Assembly: GCA_964508215.1 (NCBI GenBank)
Contig: CAZDSI010000014.1
Location: forward strand, 11,902-21,098
Source: an uncultured Opitutales bacterium
Lineage (GTDB): Bacteria; Verrucomicrobiota; Verrucomicrobiia; Opitutales; UBA9783
Length of the DNA: 9,197 bases
Reading direction: 5' to 3'
The notes below the pieces were generated by a model. That model saw only the letters and a program-made list of their open reading frames with translations. It had not been told where the DNA came from and searched no databases. Below are positions 6,866 through 9,197 of this stretch, in pieces (position 1 is the stretch's first letter; every line of letters begins with the position of its first letter). The position numbers were made by a program, and so were the translations under genes.

Positions 6866-7933
6866 TTAAGCAATCGTAATAGATTTCTCGAGATAAACGT
6901 CTTGAACGGCGTTCAGCAGTTCGACGCCTTCCTTTAGTGGACGCTGAAATGCCTTTCGACCTAAGATAAGGCCCATACCACCGGCGCGTTTGTTGATAAT
7001 AGCCGTAGAAATGGCTTCATCAAGATCCTTGCTTCCAGCGGAAGCACCGCCCGAATTAATAAGGCCTATACGACCCATATAACAGTTCGCAACCTGATAA
7101 CGGGTTAAATCAATGGGATGTGCCGAGGTTAATTCCGTATAAACCTTTTCATGAGTTTTGCCAAACTTTGTTAACGACTTATATCCACCGTTATTTTCCG
7201 GCAACTTCTGCTTAATAATATCGGCCTTAATCGTTACACCTAAATGATTAGCTTGGCCGGTTAAATCGGCGCTTACATGATAATCTTTATCGGAATTAAA
7301 GGCTGGGTTTCTCAAATAACACCACAAAATCGTTGCCATACCCAATTCGTGAGCCAATTCAAAGGCCATACTCGTCTCTTGAATCTGACGATTGGATTCT
7401 GGTGACCCAAAGTAAATGGTTGCTCCAACCGCTACCGCGCCCATATCCGCCGCTTGTTCAACCTGGGCAAAATAAATTTGATCGTGCTGATTGGGATAGG
7501 AAAGCAATTGATTGTGATTTAATTTTACCACAAACGGTATCTTATGCGCATATTTACGGGCAACAATGGCCAATCCTCCTAAAGTGGAAGCCACAGCATT
7601 ACATCCTCCTTCGATAGCCAATTTAACAATATTTTCGGGATCAAAATAGTCGCTGTTGGGCGCAAAGCTTGCTCCGGCCGAATGTTCAATACCCTGATCT
7701 ACCGGCAAAATAGAAACATAGCCGCTTCCTTTTAAGCGTCCGTGTTGGAATAAACATTCCAAGCTATTCAAGACACGATTCGTACGATCACTATCGATAA
7801 AAATTCTATCAACGAAATCACTACCCGGAAGATGTAGTTTTTCTTTGGGAATCGTTTTGCATATATGTGCCGTGAGATGACCCTTATCGGCCTCCAAAAA
7901 ACGTTGTATATGTTTATTCATATTTGGAATCAT
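6866..7933 (-). CDS. fbaB: Class I fructose-bisphosphate aldolase (DhnA/FbaB type)
   Basis: The 355-aa ORF is near-colinear with E. coli FbaB (350 aa). Matches: [17 protein letters not shown] (TIPSDQLYLPGHDYVDR), [23 protein letters not shown] ([23 protein letters not shown]), [53 protein letters not shown] (contains the Schiff-base Lys region), [31 protein letters not shown], and C-terminal ITIA (identical). An alternative start is ATG 7921 (Met5). Confidence 0.95.
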   Translation of the reverse strand: MIPNMNKHIQRFLEADKGHLTAHICKTIPKEKLHLPGSDFVDRIFIDSDRTNRVLNSLECLFQHGRLKGSGYVSILPVDQGIEHSAGASFAPNSDYFDPENIVKLAIEGGCNAVASTLGGLAIVARKYAHKIPFVVKLNHNQLLSYPNQHDQIYFAQVEQAADMGAVAVGATIYFGSPESNRQIQETSMAFELAHELGMATILWCYLRNPAFNSDKDYHVSADLTGQANHLGVTIKADIIKQKLPENNGGYKSLTKFGKTHEKVYTELTSAHPIDLTRYQVANCYMGRIGLINSGGASAGSKDLDEAISTAIINKRAGGMGLILGRKAFQRPLKEGVELLNAVQDVYLEKSITIA

Positions 7934-7981
7934 TTAATTTAAACCAAACGTGTAACCTAATTCAAATATATTCTGAAAAGA

Positions 7982-8010
7982 ATTCTCATTGACATTAAAA
8001 ATTCTTTCAA
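7982..8010 (-). promoter_or_regulatory. Candidate sigma70-type promoter for fbaB
   Basis: On the minus strand: TTGAAA (complement of 8005-8010), 17-nt spacer, GAGAAT (complement of 7982-7987), ~50 nt upstream of ATG 7933. This rests on hexamer matching only. Confidence 0.3.
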
Positions 8011-8017
8011 CGGAAAC

Positions 8018-8045
8018 CAGAAACTATTAAAAGAAATAGTTTCTG
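8018..8045. repeat. Perfect 11-bp inverted repeat (stem-loop or operator) in the fbaB/nucleotidyltransferase divergent intergenic region
   Basis: CAGAAACTATT (8018-8028), AAAAGA loop, AATAGTTTCTG (8035-8045). No clean U-tract follows on either strand. Confidence 0.6.
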
Positions 8046-8111
8046 AACCTTCCCAAAGAAAAACGATCCTGTAAGATTCGTGTCATTTCAGTAAAAGTTT
8101 TTAAGAGAAGG

Positions 8112-8149
8112 GCCGGGAAGAGATTTTTTTACAAAAAAACCTCTTCCCG
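8112..8149. repeat. Long hairpin-forming inverted repeat upstream of the nucleotidyltransferase gene
   Basis: CCGGGAAGAG (8112-8121) / CTCTTCCCGG (8140-8149) is a perfect 10-bp pairing. One A/C mismatch follows, then T7 (8123-8129) can pair with A7 (8132-8138). It sits between divergently transcribed genes, so it is not terminating either annotated gene. Confidence 0.6.
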
Positions 8150-8230
8150 GAATCGATAAAATGCGGAGCATTTTTGAGGCTTGATAAATTCGAGGATCTT
8201 CGTTCTAGTTTTATAATTAATCGGCAATTT

Positions 8231-9112
8231 ATGAGTAAATTAACTTTAGTTTTGATGGCAGCCGGCAAAGGAAGCCGCTATGGCGGCCTAAAACAACTGG
8301 AAAAATTCGGGCCTCAAGAAGCAACGTTAGCCGAGTACGCCTTATGGGATGCTATAAGCGCTGGATTTGATTCGTTTATCGTCGTTGTCAACGAAAACAC
8401 CCAGCCTTATTTTGAACAATTATTTCGGCGCATGGGCGTTGAAAAAAAAGCCCAATGTGTTTTGCAAACTATGACAAATGTTCCCCTACCCCATTTTGAG
8501 CTTCCAAAGAGTCGTCAAAAACCATGGGGGACCGGTCATGCATTATGGTGTGCAGCTCGCTATATTCATTCACCGTTTGTTATTATAAATGCGGATGACT
8601 TTTATGGTCCTGAAGCCTATAACCAGGCTGCGAAGTTTTTGGAGCAAGCGAACGGGTTTGCCTTGATTGGTTACAACTTATCCAATACCTTATCTCCTTA
8701 TGGCAGTGTTTCTCGCGCGGTGTGTTCGGTAGACTCCAACGGTATTTTGCAAGACCTCAAAGAGTACAAATCAATTGAAGAAAAATCCGGCGAGCTTATA
8801 GCGGGAACCCAATATTTTAAAGGCGATGAAACCGTATCTGTAAATTTTTGGGCCCTACAACCAAGCTTTCTAGCGGCGCTTGAAGTGGAGCTACAAAAAC
8901 TTCTAACAGAATACCAAAACTCCGAGACGGCGGAATGCTACTTGCCCGAAGTTATTATTAGGGGCGCACAAAGATTTGGTATAAAAATTCATGTATTGCC
9001 AGCAAAAGATCAATGGCTTGGAGTGACTTACCCTCAAGATAAAGATTGGGTCAACCGAAGACTCTACGAACTAACGGCTCAAAAATTATACCCTTCGATA
9101 CTGTGGTCATAA
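8231..9112 (+). CDS. Sugar-phosphate nucleotidyltransferase (NDP-sugar pyrophosphorylase-like, GT-A fold); substrate unknown
   Basis: The N-terminal signature LVLMAAGKGSRYGGLKQL matches the nucleotidyltransferase G-x-G-(T/S)-R...K loop. KPWGTGHA resembles the (E/K)xxGTGHA motif of GlmU-type enzymes, and IINADDFYG supplies the acidic metal site. ATG 8231 puts the glycine-rich loop 7-12 residues from the N-terminus, as is usual. The TTG at 8174 in the ORF track adds 19 non-conserved-looking residues. Confidence 0.85.
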   Translation: MSKLTLVLMAAGKGSRYGGLKQLEKFGPQEATLAEYALWDAISAGFDSFIVVVNENTQPYFEQLFRRMGVEKKAQCVLQTMTNVPLPHFELPKSRQKPWGTGHALWCAARYIHSPFVIINADDFYGPEAYNQAAKFLEQANGFALIGYNLSNTLSPYGSVSRAVCSVDSNGILQDLKEYKSIEEKSGELIAGTQYFKGDETVSVNFWALQPSFLAALEVELQKLLTEYQNSETAECYLPEVIIRGAQRFGIKIHVLPAKDQWLGVTYPQDKDWVNRRLYELTAQKLYPSILWS

Positions 9113-9197
9113 TAAACTTTCAAGAGGAAACCGAGAAATAAAAATTTTGAGAACCAATCCCTCAAATCGTAAAAGTAACTAAAAGTTGGATGCTTGA

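Noticed and set aside
6737-6937. 66-aa plus-strand ORF (TTG start)
   Set aside because: It spans the fbaB terminator hairpin and overlaps the 3' end of fbaB in antisense. It has no SD or conserved features.
7333-7617. 94-aa plus-strand ORF
   Set aside because: It is antisense to the highly conserved core of fbaB.
8174-8230. TTG-initiated 19-codon N-terminal extension of the nucleotidyltransferase ORF
   Set aside because: ATG 8231 places the G-x-G-S-R nucleotide-binding loop at the usual distance from the N-terminus. A TATAAT at 8212-8217 would lie inside the extension.

Overview
AT-rich bacterial chromosomal window, about 80% coding. Left to right: most of frr (ribosome recycling factor, + strand, 5' end cut by the window edge). 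Next is a full-length FtsZ homologue with degenerate motifs and no ftsA/ftsQ/dcw neighbours. Then a 123-aa leader-bearing, very K/E/R-rich helical protein with a textbook terminator. Then a 441-aa orphan protein with an N-terminal hydrophobic leader, a long disordered tail and a C-terminal ...SCCGCCVQ cysteine cluster that fits a eukaryotic CaaX prenylation box. Then tRNA-Leu(UAA) with encoded CCA, and a NIF3/YbgI-family (DUF34) gene starting 8 nt after it. On the minus strand lie a leader-bearing ankyrin-repeat protein with a ~280-aa unrecognisable C-terminal domain and a class I (DhnA/FbaB-type) fructose-bisphosphate aldolase. The last gene is a sugar-phosphate nucleotidyltransferase (+). 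I see no CRISPR array, IS element, integrase, rRNA or recognisable defence/toxin genes. The housekeeping genes look ordinary. Two things deserve a second look. (i) Three lineage-specific proteins share one leader design, and two carry eukaryote-like features (ANK repeats, CaaX box), which suggests a host-associated or intracellular lifestyle. (ii) The divergent FtsZ. The taxon cannot be assigned from this sequence alone. All homology statements are by-eye alignments against remembered reference sequences, not database searches.
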